DNA from: Macrostomum lignano
Taxonomy: Eukaryota
DNA length: 64,000 nucleotides
Direction: 5' to 3'
Assembly (NCBI GenBank): GCA_002269645.1
Contig: NIVC01000785.1
Coordinates: forward strand, 220,054-284,053
How positions within the stretch are numbered: the stretch's first letter is position 1; each line of letters begins with the position of its first letter. Under the pieces are notes generated by a model. It was not told the DNA's origin and did no database searches. It was given only the letters and a program-made list of their open reading frames with translations. Shown piece after piece: positions 24,542 to 37,195 of the stretch. A program made the translations under genes and the position numbers.

Positions 24542-25550
24542 TGTTAGCAGTCTCCCTCGCTCTCGCCCTGGGTTGCTATCTCCCGCTGGTCAGCTTCCTA
24601 CCCCCTTGGCCCATTTGTTGTTGCCCTTGGCTTGTTCTGCCCTTCCAGGTCTCTTTTCTTAGCCCTCAGCTTCTCTGCTGCAGGCTGTCTCTGTTTCATT
24701 CCCATCCCATTTTCCTCTGTCATGTGAGCAAGTCACATGATATATCTTGCATTCTTGGAGTCTTAAAGTGCAGTAAACATGTTTACTGCACTCGTTGGCC
24801 CTGTTTACCAAGAGAATCACATGCCTTCGGACCCCTATCTTCTCTAAGGAGAGGAGTGACTCATGTTGCTAAAAATAGCAACTGAGTCACAGCCACATGT
24901 ACTTTGGCCAGAGACCTCAAGTGATGTCAGTTCTAAAAATAGAACAAGTCACAAGGTCTTGTGCGCACTGAGACACTGCCCCAAGACCTCAAATGACATC
25001 AGTTCTAAAAATAGAACAAGTCACAAGGTCTTTTGCACGGGAGAATCCTGGCTATAAATAGGACCCCTCTATTTAGTCACTTGTTTCCATCAATGAGTCT
25101 TTGCCGGAGTCTTTGCGTGCTTCTAAACTTCTAAGATCCCTTGTGCATTATTGACTGAACTAAGTGCCCTTTGCTTACACTGAATCTGCTTGTACTGGTC
25201 TGACTAAGACCCCACTAAAGCCCAACCTCAAGCCTACAAGAGGCTAACTCAGCCCTCCCTGAACCAACCAAGCCTGGCAGGTGCTGCTGATGAGATGCCT
25301 TGTATTGTTGAACTACAAATCTATACCCGGTGCTGAGTTTGTTGACTTTGTTATTTCATTCTGACAGGAAGCTCACCTCATTGAAGGCTGAGACCTGAAG
25401 TAACTGGTGGCAGCACTACCTATGCTACTAAGAGTTAAGAAGGCTTCCAAGTGAGAAAACAGAGAGCCCAAGTCACTATGCTAGACAGCAAGAGAAACCC
25501 CAAGACAACCATAAGTATTTCACTGGTGGCAGCAGTGGGATTTGAAGACC
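24542..25550 (+). mobile_element. LTR-retrotransposon relic (LTR plus tRNA-Leu PBS)
   Basis: TGTTAG start, TATA-like TATAAATA, internal duplication, TGGTGGCAGCAGTGGGATTTGAA at 25524 complementary to tRNA-Leu 3' end including CCA. Confidence 0.45.
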
Positions 25551-25980
25551 TACCAGGCCACCCCGTAGACAACCATTAGTACTTCAGATGTTATTCTATA
25601 TATTAGACCTATTATTTAGAATATTCTGTATAGTATTCCTACATTCTATATATTTTGTGTATTACATATATTCTATAAATTATATATTTTTCCATTTTCA
25701 TTTTTCTATAATGTGGATAAACTTTATAGGATATAGAATAATATTTTAATAATTCATGACTTACTCATAGCTTATTGTTTTTCATATAAAAGTTATAGTT
25801 TTTTGTATATTTAGAGTACAAGCATATTTAGCTATTGTATTTTCTATTGTCCGTTTCAGATTTGTTTTATTAATATATAGCTTGAATCTAAAAGAAGTTA
25901 GCAACTAATCCTGACATTACTCTGCTTTGTTAAAGTGCACTTCCTGTGTGCTAGATTGTTGGAGAAATCTACTTCACAGG

Positions 25981-26227
25981 ATGCTGTTATTGCTATTGAT
26001 AAGCACTTCGCTATTGGCGGCATCGCCTGTCAGAGCTGTTTGCCATATTTGGCAGGACATTGTCAGCTATAGTTTGACCAAATCGCAGACAACTAGAGGT
26101 GGTATTTGTCACACTGACAAGCTGTTTCAACAGACTGGCCAGCTGATGACGATTGCCATCACCTTGTACAGGTCTGACGAAATGTCGCTTTCTTATCGAA
26201 ACAGTTTGCTGCACTTCAATGCCACTG
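25981..26227 (+). CDS. Orphan type-I membrane protein, exon 1 (signal peptide)
   Basis: MLLLLLISTSLLAASPVRA...; donor G|gtgagg phase 1 matches exon 2. Confidence 0.55.
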
Positions 26228-26424
26228 GTGAGGATTCATTTGGTTTTGAATGTTAAATTGAGTGCGTGTCTTTTCACGAAGCCAATATCTGATTGTTTTT
26301 TTGCCTGAGTCAGCCCGAGTTATTCAGCTCTGCATTTTTGTTTTCGGTTTTTGCTTTTGCCTGGCAGTTAATAATTATGTATTTATATAGATTTATACTA
26401 TCAACAATTGTATATTATCTGTGG

Positions 26425-26685
26425 TCTCACCCCAAAGATTCTCAACCCATAGACTCTCACCCCTCGCTAAGGAGTCTCAGCCCTAAGATTCTCACCCTTC
26501 GCTAAGGAGTCTCAGCCCTAAGATTCTCACCCCTCGCTAAGGAGTCTCAACCCTTAGACTCTCATCCATCGCTAGGGAGTCTCAACCCTAAGACTCTCAC
26601 CCTTCGCTAAGGAGTCTCAGCCCTAAGATTCTCGCCCCTCTCCAAGGAGTCTCAACCCTAAGACTCTCACCCCTCTCAAAATCTC
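26425..26685. repeat. 35-bp minisatellite, about 7 units
   Basis: GCTAAGGAG at 35-bp period. Confidence 0.9.
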
Positions 26686-26990
26686 ACTCTAACCTCAGTT
26701 TTTACCTATTTCTATGTTAAATGTTTAATCTCTTTTAAACTGCTCTTTTCGTGCTTGGATTGCTTTTATTATTAAGTAACGGTTTGAAACCGTTTTAAAA
26801 CGCTTCTATTGTCTTTTTATGCGTGCCTGAGGCTGCTAATTTAACAAAAAGCTTTTGTTTAGCCACTGTTTTTTGAGAGGGCTTGTTTAATTTTATATTG
26901 AACTCGTTCTCGTCGATTTTTTTTACTGTTCTTCAATCGTTGTTTGCGTGTCTCACGCAGTTCCAAGGCCTGCTACCTAAGCGGGTAGGA

Positions 26991-26993
<3 letters not shown>

Positions 26994-27060
<67 letters not shown>
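26994..27060. repeat. (GA)n microsatellite
   Basis: Direct. Confidence 0.98.
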
Positions 27061-27061
<1 letters not shown>

Positions 27062-27744
27062 CCAATCCGTGCATTTTATTTCAGGTGCATTGCGAGATAC
27101 AAAAATTGTCAAATGTAAACCCGGTGCATTCTGGCTTGCCGGCTTTACTCTGTGAAAAGAAAGGGTTGGGGGGGGGCGTTAGCTGTCACGGGTTTGTTCT
27201 CCGGGCAGCCCCGGTCCAGGAGAACTAATAATCAGAGTCTGGTGCGATATAACTTGTCTGCATTCACAAATCTTAGATGAAAATATCAATATTTATATTT
27301 AGAAATAAATTTTCTATATCTCCCGGAGCTACGAAAATTTTATTTTGGTTTTAAATGTGAGCAAAGTTTGTACAAAAAAATCGTGTAAACAAAAATGACG
27401 TTAAAAAACGGGTAAGAGTTGTTAGTCCGGAGCTCTGGCTCTAGACCGCCTTGACCGGAGCTGACCTCTTTCTGTTTGCTTTTCTTTTTAGTTCAGGTCG
27501 TCAGTTCACTGCTTGTAAGATAAGTGTTTTTTTGTCGTCGCTATTTCTAAATACGCTTGTAGCTCTTCAGCTCTTGTTTTGTTTCAGGCGCGTGTAGGTT
27601 TTGTAGTTAAACGAGTTCGGGGTCATAAAAACTTTGCAATGGTTATAAATTTAGCGGCATACTATGAGTAAGAGCCAAACTATGAGCTATTGACTTAGGC
27701 AGGTCGGCTCAAAGGGTAAACGTATCTGACTCTTGTATCGGGGT

Positions 27745-28665
27745 CGGGGCTGGATCTCGGGACAATTCAGGACTGAATCTCGGGACAATTCGGGACTGAA
27801 TCTCGGGACAATTCAGGACTGAATCTCGGGACAATTCGGGACTGAATCTCGGGACAATCTGGACTGAATCTCGGGACAATCTGGACTGGATCTCGGGACA
27901 ATTCGGGACTGAATCTCGGGACAATCTGGACTGGATCTCGGGACAATCTGGACTGGATCTCGGGACAATTCGGGACTGGATCTCGGGACAATTCGGGACT
28001 GGATCTCGGGACAATTCGGGACTGGATCTTGGGACAAGTCGGGACTGAATCTCGGGACAATCTGGACTGAATCTTGGGACAAGTCGGGACTGAATCTCGG
28101 GGCATTTCAGGGACTGGATCTCGGGACAATTCGGGATTGGATCTCGGGACAATTCGGGACTCGATCTCGGGACATTTCGGGACTGGATCTCTGGACAATT
28201 CAGGACTGGATCTCGGGACAATTCAGGACTGAATCTCGGGACAATTCGGGACTGAATCTCGGGACAATTCAGGACTGGATCTCGGGACAATTCAGGACTG
28301 AATCTCGGGACAATCTGGACTGGATCTCGGGACGATTCGGGACTGGATTTTGGGACAATTCGGGACTGGATCTCGGGACAATTCGGGACTGGATCTCGGG
28401 ACAATCTGGACTGAATCTCGGGACAATTCGGGACTGAATCTCAAGACAATCTGGACTGAATCTCGGGACAATCTGGACTGGATCTCGGGACAATTCGGGA
28501 CTGGATCTCGGGACAGTTCAGGACTGAATCTCGGGACAATTCGGGACTGGATCTCGGGACATTTCAGGGACTGGATCTCGGGACAATCTGGACTGAATCT
28601 CGGGACAATCTGGACTGGATCTTGGGACAAGTCGGGACTGGATCTCGGGACAATTCAGGACTGGC
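27745..28665. repeat. 22/23-bp minisatellite (GGGACTGGATCTCGGGACAATTC), about 40 units
   Basis: Direct periodicity. Confidence 0.97.
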
Positions 28666-29172
28666 CAGGAATGTTTCATTCAGCTCAGCTGATAATATAA
28701 CCAAGTCATTTTTGCTTGGCAACTCATCCAGTATTCGGACCGGTTGAATATTCCTCTGGGATTTCGAGAGTGCGTAGGGGGAATGGTTTCATAACTAGCA
28801 ATTTTCCCGTATATTTAGCTTATATTCGCTCCTTACTGGGCGCTCTTTTGGCCTTTGGTAGAATCTGGCGATCTAAAGGGTGGAGATCCTCCTTCAGCTC
28901 CTCCCTGTGTGCGCGCCTCGCGCCTGTACTGGTGGTGAACGAACGACCTTGGCCTTCCCGCCACCCCCTCCTCCCTCTCCTGAACCGCTAAGCTTATTAG
29001 AGAGAGAGGGGAGGAGAGAGCGAGTCACATGACTGGATTTCCTATTTACAACCCCTCCTATCTCTGTTTTTCTTCTCTCTCCTCTTCTCTCCCCCCACTC
29101 CCCCATTGCCCTTGGCCTGTACTAGTTAGTGCGCCTGCACTGATAAGTGAGTGCCCTCCTGGACCGCGTGAC

Positions 29173-30113
29173 TAGGGATTCCAAAATCCCGACATTTTAC
29201 AATCCCGGGATTGAATAGTCCCGAAATCCCGATGCTGTTGAAATCCCGGGATTCAAAATCCCGGAATCCCGGTGCTTTTGCAATCCCGGGATTAAAAATC
29301 CCGGGATTCGATTCCCAAAAAAATCCCGGGATTCAAATCCCGGATTTTTGGCCCCAATCCCGGGATCCCGGGATCCCGGGATTGGAATCCCTAAATTGCT
29401 AGACGGACTGTGCGGCGTGCCGCGTGCAGTAGTCATGGTCTCGCGACTCTCAGAGTCTCAGGGCCTTTTCATATTACCAATTCCAGAACCAGAATCGGTT
29501 CGGAATTCGAAGAAAAACAGCAGTATAACTATTAAACTCTGTTAATATTTGACTGCCTTAACAGCCTCACTTAGCACAATTTTTCACTTTCTTCTTGGCG
29601 ACTGTCATTCAATAATAAAAACTTTATAGCACGTATCTCCCTCTAGTTATGGAGACAAAAAGTTTATACTTCACAAATTGGTTCTTGTTCTGGAACCAGA
29701 GCAAGCAATATGAAAAGGCCCTCAGTCTCGTCTCGTGGTAGAAAACGAAAAAAAAGTTAAAATTATCTATAATTTACAGTTCACATTAACAATTTTTAGC
29801 TCAATTAGGACAGGAGCTTTGCAAATGTTTAACGTTTCATTGAGAAACAGCAAAAACAAATAAATGTTTTATTATTCAAATAAACGTTTAGACTTTAAAT
29901 TATCTAATTTAGGCATTGAAAGGTCGTTCTGATCCCGGACCAATCCCGGGATTAAGGCCTTGAAATCCCGGGATCCCGATCCCGGTCTTTTGCAATCCCG
30001 GGATTAAAAATCCCGGGATTCGATTCCCAAAAAAATCCCGGGATTCAAATCCCGGATTTTTGGCCCCAATCCCGGGATCCCGGGATCCCGGGATCCCGGG
30101 ATTGGAATCCCTA
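29173..30113. mobile_element. hAT-type composite MITE
   Basis: TIR TAGGGATTCCAA/TTGGAATCCCTA; exact TSD CGCGTGAC at 29165-29172 and 30114-30121; ATCCCGGGAT subterminal palindromes. Confidence 0.88.
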
Positions 30114-30259
30114 CGCGTGACACTACCCGGGCGCTGAATCCCGTTTCATCGCATCCCATTCTATGCCATCCCACGCAAAATTTCTTCTTTTTTGCTTAGC
30201 ATTTCCGCTTTCTAGTGTAGTGCAATTTGCTTTTTTTCTTAGTTATTTTTTGCTTAGGC

Positions 30260-30365
30260 CATGGGGGTCGGCAAACTCTGGCCGCGGACCACATGCGGCC
30301 CTTAAGGCCTCTCTATTCGGTCCTGGGGCCTTTAAAACTTCACAATAGCAATGTGGCCCGCTTAA
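30260..30365 (+). mobile_element. hAT-Charlie-like 5' end fragment
   Basis: CATGGGGGTCGGCAAACT...GGCCGCGGACCACATGCGGCCC resembles Charlie-type termini. Confidence 0.45.
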
Positions 30366-30384
30366 GGTTTGTGTCTCTTCTCAG

Positions 30385-30690
30385 CTGTCCCCTCTTCTCC
30401 CCTCTCATCCCTCGCCTCTCTTCTCTTCTCTCTTTCCTCTCTTCTCTCCTCTCTTCCGTCTCCCCTCTTCTCTCTCATCCCTCCCCTCTCTTCTCCTCTT
30501 CTCTCTTCTCCTCTCCCCTCTTCTCTCTCCCCTCTCCCCTCTCCCCTCTCCCCTCTCCCCTCTCCTCTCTTCTTTCTCCTTCTCCCCTCTCTCCGTTTTC
30601 TCTCTTCTCTTCCCTCTCGCCTTTCCTTTCTCACTTCTCTCATCTTTCTACTTCTCTCTCCTCTATTCCCTCTCCTTTCCACTCTCACCT
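30385..30690. repeat. Polypyrimidine low-complexity tract
   Basis: Direct. Confidence 0.93.
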
Positions 30691-30994
30691 GACCATGATC
30701 TTAGGCTTAGGCTCCAAAATATACACAAAAAACTAAAAAAAAAACATTTCGCTTCAAGGTTCACTTCCAATTCAGTCTGCAGGCATTTTTATGCTTTTTT
30801 AGCTCTTAATTTGGCAATGTTTTCATCTTTTTGGCTTCTCGATTTTGGCTTTTAGATTCAAGCACGATCAGGTGCGCATACCAGCTTGATATGCATATTG
30901 GTTGTCTCATATAAATAAGACAGTGTTCTTCTACTGTTAATTTTAAAAAAGTATGTCGCTTAATGTTTTTTTGAAGCGATATTGGGCCATTCAA

Positions 30995-31830
30995 TTAATT
31001 GGGATCGGTAGGAGTAGAGTGTGGTAAATTTGGGATCGGTAGGAGTAGAGTGTGGTAAATTTGAGATAGGTAGGAGTAGAGTGTGGTAAATTTTAGATTG
31101 GTAGGAGTAGAGTGTGGTAAATGTGGGATCGGTAGGAGTAGAGTGTGGTAAATTTGAGATTGGTAGGAGTAGAGTGTGGTAAATTTGGGATCGGTAGGAG
31201 TAGAGTGTGGTAAATTTGAGATCGGTAGGAGTAGAGTGTGGTAAATGTGGGATCGGTAGGAGTAGAGTGTGGTAAATTTGAGCTTGGTAGGAGTAGAGTG
31301 TGGTAAATTTGAGCTTGGTAGGAGTAGAGTGTGGTAAATTTGGGATCGGTAGGAGTAGAGTGTGGTAAATTTGAGATAGGTAGGAGTAGAGTGGTAAATT
31401 TGAGATAGGTAGGAGTAGAGTGGTAAATTTGAGATAGGTAGGAGTAGAGTGGTAAATTTGGGATCGGTAGGAGTAGAGTGTGGTAAATTTGAGATAGGTA
31501 GGAGTAGAGTGTGGTAAATTTGAGATAGGTAGGAGTAGAGTGGTAAATTTGAGATAGGTAGGAGTAGAGTGGTAAATTTGGGATCGGTAGGAGTAGAGTG
31601 TGGTAAATTTGAGATAGGTAGGAGTAGAGTGTGGTAAATTTGAGATAGGTAGGAGTAGAGTGTGGTAAATTTTAGATTGGTAGGAGTAGAGTGTGGTAAA
31701 TTTGAGATAGGTAGGAGTAGAGTGTGGTAAATTTGAGATAGGTAGGAGTAGAGTGTGGTAAATTTTAGATTGGTAGGAGTAGAGTGTGGTAAATTTTAGA
31801 TTGGTAGGAGTAGAGTGTGGTAAATGTGGG
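30995..31830. repeat. 31-bp minisatellite (GGTAGGAGTAGAGTGTGGTAAATTTGAGATA), about 27 units
   Basis: Direct periodicity. Confidence 0.97.
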
Positions 31831-31879
31831 ATCAGGTGTGGGATCTCTGCAGTTAGTACTTGTTTTGTTAAAAGATCAG

Positions 31880-32841
31880 TGGGTACATTGAGTTGGTGTG
31901 CAAGCGGCATTCAGTGGCTAAATATTGCTGCCCCTTATCGCCTCTCCGCCTCAGGCTTCGCCGACTTCCGCGGCGACAAGCTGATCTTAGTGATTGCCAG
32001 CAACGCCGCCAAGCGCCGTATCGAACTGCGCATCGAAGATCCGGCCGCGTTGCGAGTGCCGTTGGAAATTTTCCACAACCTGCACCAGCCAGACGGCCTG
32101 AGCATCGGCAGCCCCCTGCCGCCAGGCCAGCAACTGACGGTGAATCGCTTCAGCCGTAGCATAGCCGGGCTGAATGACATCCTGAGCGAGATGGGCCGGC
32201 TTAGACCTGCTGCCTACGTCGGCGCCATCCTGGTGATCCCATATACCAATGCCGTTCCCGAGGCCAGGTTTAGCCGCGTTGCCGGCCGCTATCCCAGCCC
32301 GCCGCATGTTGACTCCGAGGCGGCCTGTCAGAGCCGCTCTAACTACAAGATGCTGCAGCCGTTGTTGCGGCATTTTGCCCAGGTTGCCAGACAGCCAGTC
32401 CCTGTGCAACTGTTCGACACTCGCAGCCAGATGGCCCAGCCGTTCTGCCGCCTCCAGCCCGATGCTACTATTATTGCTCTGCATTTTATCAATGGTGAAC
32501 CGTTGGTTGCTATGGCAACTATTATTGTCAGCTTGATTGGCAGCGAGTCCACTTTAGTCCTGCTGGCCGATCGGGGCGCCGCCTGTCCGCGCCGATTGCG
32601 ACTGCGCGCCGATAATTCTCTGTTGGCGCCCAGCACCGCCGCTGGTCCTAATGCCAGTCTGACCGTACGGCACAACTGCGCTGATGACACCGAGATCTGG
32701 GCCGAGTCCAACCTGCTAGACTCTGTCGGTGACCGACTTCGAATCGAGTCGGTGCCCGAGCTGAGTCTGGCTAGTATTCGTTTGACTGGCCGGCTGCTGC
32801 GACATTTTATGATTCAATCGGGGCATTTCAGGAATAGCGAT
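31880..32841 (+). CDS. Orphan membrane protein, exon 2
   Basis: GC-rich 320-codon open frame; atcag|TG phase 1, GAT|gtgagt phase 0. Confidence 0.75.
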
Positions 32842-32934
32842 GTGAGTAACGTTTAGCTGTGGGGCAGCAACTCGTTGCTGTTTTAGATTTTTTAACTGTT
32901 GGATGATTTAGATTAGATGTTTAGGCTTTCAACT

Positions 32935-34000
32935 GAATCTTACCACCCCTTACTGAAATCTCACCACCCCTTACTGAAATCTCACCACCCCTTACTGGAA
33001 TCTCACCATCCCACAGTGGAATCTCACCACCCCTAACTGAAATCTCACCATCCTACAGTGGAATCTCACCACCCCTTACTGGAAACTCACCATCCCACAG
33101 TGGAATCTCAACACCCCTTACTGGAATCTCGCCACCCCTTACTCGAATCTCACCATCCCACAGTGAAATCTCACCACCCCTTACTGGAATCTCACCATCC
33201 CACAGTGGAATCTCAACACCCCTTACTGGAATCTCGCCACCCCTTACTCGAATCTCACCATCCCACAGTGGAATCTCAACACCCCTTACTGGAATCTCGC
33301 CACCCCTTACTCGAATCTCACCATCCCACAGTGAAATCTCACCACCCCTTACTGGAATCTCACCATCCCACAGTGGAATCTCAACACCCCTTACTGGAAT
33401 CTCGCCACCCCTTACTCGAATCTCACCATCCCACAGTGGAATCTCAACACCCCTTACTGGAATCTCACCACCCCTTACTCGAATCTCACCACTCCTTCCT
33501 TGAATCTCATACCGTTTACTGGAATCTCGCCACTCCTGACTGGAATCTCACCACCCGTTACTGGAATCTCACTATCCAACTGGAATCTTATTATACCCAC
33601 TAGAATCTCACTATCCAACTGGAATCTCATTATCCAACTGGAATCTCACTATCCAACTGGAATCTCACTATCCAACTGGAATCTCACTATGCCTAAGGGA
33701 ATCTCACTATGCCTAAGGGAATCTCACTATCCAACTGGAATCTCACTATCCAACTGGAATCTCACTATCTAACTAGAATCTCACTATGCCTAAGGGAATC
33801 TTACTATCCAACTGGAATCTCACTATGCCTAAGGGAATCTCACTATCCAACTGGAATCTCACTATGCCTAAGGGAATCTCACTATCCAACTGGAATCTCA
33901 CTATCCAACTGGAATCTCACTATCCAACTGGAATCTCACTATGCCTAAGGGAATCTCACTATCCAACTGGAATCTCACTATGCCTAAGGGAATCTCGCCA
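32935..34000. repeat. Compound minisatellite: 21-bp units grading into 19-bp units with shared GGAATCTCAC core
   Basis: Period 21 to about 33500, period 19 from about 33560. Confidence 0.95.
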
Positions 34001-34060
34001 CCCCTAATTACATGTAGAGAAGTCTCACCGCCGCAGCCCCGCGCCCCACTCACACAACAG

Positions 34061-34951
34061 AGCGAGATCACTTTCGACGTGCAATTCAACCAGTGGGTCT
34101 TCAGGCCGATGGCCGCCCTGCAGACCAAGCGAATAGTCAGCGGTTTCACTGCGGACTCGGCCCTTGTGCACCTGGATAAATCCGTGCTGAACAACTGCAC
34201 GCACCGGCTGACCAACCTGTCCATCGGTGACTGTCCGCTAATTGACAACGGCACGCATCTCCACCGGCTGCTGCCCACCGTGGGGCTGCTCAGCGCCTGT
34301 CGGATGAGGCGTAGCGGCAACCACATGCTGGCCACTCTGTCAGCCAGCGTCCAGCTGCCCAGCAATGCCGGGCAATTCCTCATCTCGCTGCCATTCTCCT
34401 GGACTCTGCCAGCCGGGATTAGCGCTAATCTGCCCCTGACTGAGCAAACTCGCGACAGTCGCGCTTCGCCAACATCGGCCAGTTCCGCGGCCAGCGCTGC
34501 GCTGGACAAATTTCCATTCCGGCTGACTGTCAGCCAGCTGCTGTTGGATGGCCACTCCAGAGCGATTGAACTGCAATCAACAAGATTGGAATATTTGTAT
34601 AGCGGCGAGCTCATCCATTGCGAGCTAATTGTCCGGGGCTGCGGACAGCCGGTTCCGCTCGTGTCCGACGGTTGCACCAGGAGCGGCGCCCTCTGGCTCG
34701 GTCCGGGCGTCGCCGTGCCGCTGCTCCGACTGCCGTCCTCGCTGCCATCCAGGGTCTGCAGAGGCAGCGGCACCCGGATGGCCGTCGTCGCCTGCCGACT
34801 GGCCGTCTGCCGACTGGCCGAGCCTGAGCTAGCTGGCTTGACATCCGACGAGGCTGTTGCTATGGGAATGCGGCGCTGTCGGCCGCAGGGCGAGGCTTGC
34901 GGCGAGGCTGCTGGACGAATTGCTGCTCGGAATCAAAGTCGCTTGGTTTTG
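34061..34951 (+). CDS. Orphan membrane protein, exon 3
   Basis: cacaacag|AGC (alternative acceptor at 34037), TTG|gtgagc; phase 0/0. Confidence 0.75.
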
Positions 34952-35029
34952 GTGAGCGTCACACGCTAATGCTCCAACTCTCCTGACATATCGCCATTCT
35001 CAAATCCCATCCGCTTAGCATCGCCATTG

Positions 35030-35912
35030 AATGAGATCTCACCCTCTTGACACTGTCAGTCGATGAGATCTCACCCTCTTGACACTGTCAGTCGATGAGA
35101 TCTCACCCTCTTGACACTGTCAGTCGATGAGATCTCACCCTCTTGGCACTGTCAGTCGATGAGATCTCACCCTCTTGACACTGTCAGTCGATAAGATCTC
35201 ACCCTCTTGACACTGTCAGTCGAGGAGATCTCACCCTCTTGACACTGTCAGTCGAGGAGATCTCACCCTCTTGACATAGTCGATGAGATCTCATCCTCTT
35301 AACATAGTCAATGAGATCTCGCCCTCTTGACATAGTCAATGAGATCTCACCCTCTTGACATAGTCAATGAGATCTCACCCTATTGACATAGTCAATGAGA
35401 TCTCACCCTATTGACATTGTCAACGAGATCTCACCCTCTTGAGATAGGCAATGAGATCTATCACCCTCTTGACACTGTCAGTCAATGAGATATGACCCTC
35501 TTGACACTGTCAGTCGATGAGATCTCATCCTCTTGACATAGTCAATGAGATCTCACCCTCTTGGCATAGTCAATGAGATCTCACCCTCTTGACATAGTCA
35601 ATGAGATCTCACCCTCTTGGCATAGTCAATGAGATCTCACCCTCTTGACATAGTCAATGAGATCTCACCCTCTTGGCATAGTCAATGAGATCTCACCCTC
35701 TTGACATAGTCAATGAGATCTCACCCTCTTGGCATAGTCAATGAGATCTCACCCTCTTGACATAGTCAATGAGATCTCACCCTCTTGACATAGTCAATGA
35801 GATCTCACCCTATTGACATTGTCAACGAGATCTCACCCTCTTGAGATGGGCAATGAGATCTATCACCCTCTTGACACTGTCAGTCGATGAGATCTCACTC
35901 TCTTGACACTGT
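35030..35912. repeat. 32/28-bp minisatellite (GATGAGATCTCACCCTCTTGACACTGTCAGTC)
   Basis: Direct periodicity. Confidence 0.97.
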
Positions 35913-35972
35913 ACAAACACCTGAACACGTACCAACTGTTACAATCATAAATGATCAGTTATAATCCTACAG

Positions 35973-36587
35973 TCTGATTTCCACCGCCATCAGAGCCGCA
36001 ATCTGCCGCTGCTGTCACTGGAAACCGAGGCCCTGCCGTTGAGCACATTGTTTGCCGGTGCCAATGCGTCAGTTGTTAACCATGCCGATGAGCACCAAGC
36101 CGCCACCGACGCGCCTCCTGCAGTTGTTGCCGAAGTCATTTCATCAACCAATGTCACAATGCTGGCAGCGTCGATGACTACGGCTCAGCCTACTGCGGAG
36201 GCCCGACCGGGCACTGAGAACCCGCGGCTTAGTCAGAGTGCCGCGGCTAAACCGGACAGACCAGCCTACCAACTGTGGTCGCATCTGCTAGCAGCCGTAT
36301 TGGCTTTCATTCTTGGCATTGGCACCATAGCGTCGCTCTGGGCTATTGTACATCGCCTGCGTTGGCAGCGTCGTCGGCATCGGCGACAGCTTCGCGAGTG
36401 TCGCTGCAGCAGCAGAAGCAACAGCGGCGGCGGCGGAGGCGGCGGCTGCGCTGTTGCCAAATCTTCAGCTGATCCTCTGCTCCGCTTGGGTGGCGGTGGC
36501 GGCGGCGCAGGCGGTGGAGGCCATTCCTGCGACTCCTCATCTGGCGTTGGCGACTGCGGCGGCGACGGCGGCAGAGCGAAAGTTTAA
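35973..36587 (+). CDS. Orphan membrane protein, exon 4 (TM helix plus cytoplasmic tail)
   Basis: ctacag|TCT; LLAAVLAFILGIGTIASLWAIV followed by HRLRWQRRRHRR; TAA at 36585-36587. Confidence 0.78.
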   Translation, partial: SDFHRHQSRNLPLLSLETEALPLSTLFAGANASVVNHADEHQAATDAPPAVVAEVISSTNVTMLAASMTTAQPTAEARPGTENPRLSQSAAAKPDRPAYQLWSHLLAAVLAFILGIGTIASLWAIVHRLRWQRRRHRRQLRECRCSSRSNSGGGGGGGCAVAKSSADPLLRLGGGGGGAGGGGHSCDSSSGVGDCGGDGGRAKV

Positions 36588-36694
36588 AACTGAGAGCTCT
36601 AGAGGGACATGATGAGGCGTTACTCTATAATAATAGCGCCACCTTTTGCTCATTTGAAGATCATATGTTTGATCTATCTGATCATATAGATTAG

Positions 36695-37195
36695 ATATCG
36701 CCCTCTTGGCACTGTCAGTCGATGAGATCTCACTCACCCTCTTGGCACTGTCAGTCGATGAGATCTCACCCTCTTGACACTGTCAGTCGATGAGATCTCA
36801 TCCTCTTGGCACTGTCAGTCGATGAGATCTCACTCTCTTGACACTGTCAGTCGATGAGATCTCATCCTCTTGGCACTGCCAGTCGATGAGATCTCACCCT
36901 CTTGACACTGTCAGTCGATGAGATCTCATCCTCTTGGCACTGTCAGTGGATGAGATCTTACTCTCTGGACACTGTCAGTCGATGAGATCTTACTCTCTTG
37001 ACACTGTCAGTCGATGAGATCTCACCTCTTAACACTGTCAGTCGATGAGATCTTACTCTCCTGACACTGTCATTCGATGAGATCTCACCCTTTTGACACT
37101 GTTAGTCGATGAGATCTCACCCTTTTGACACTGTCAGTCGATGAGATCTCACCCTTTTGACACTGTCAGTCGATGAGATCTCACTCTCTTGACAC
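36695..37195. repeat. Second array of the same 32-bp minisatellite
   Basis: Same unit and orientation as 35030-35912. Confidence 0.96.
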
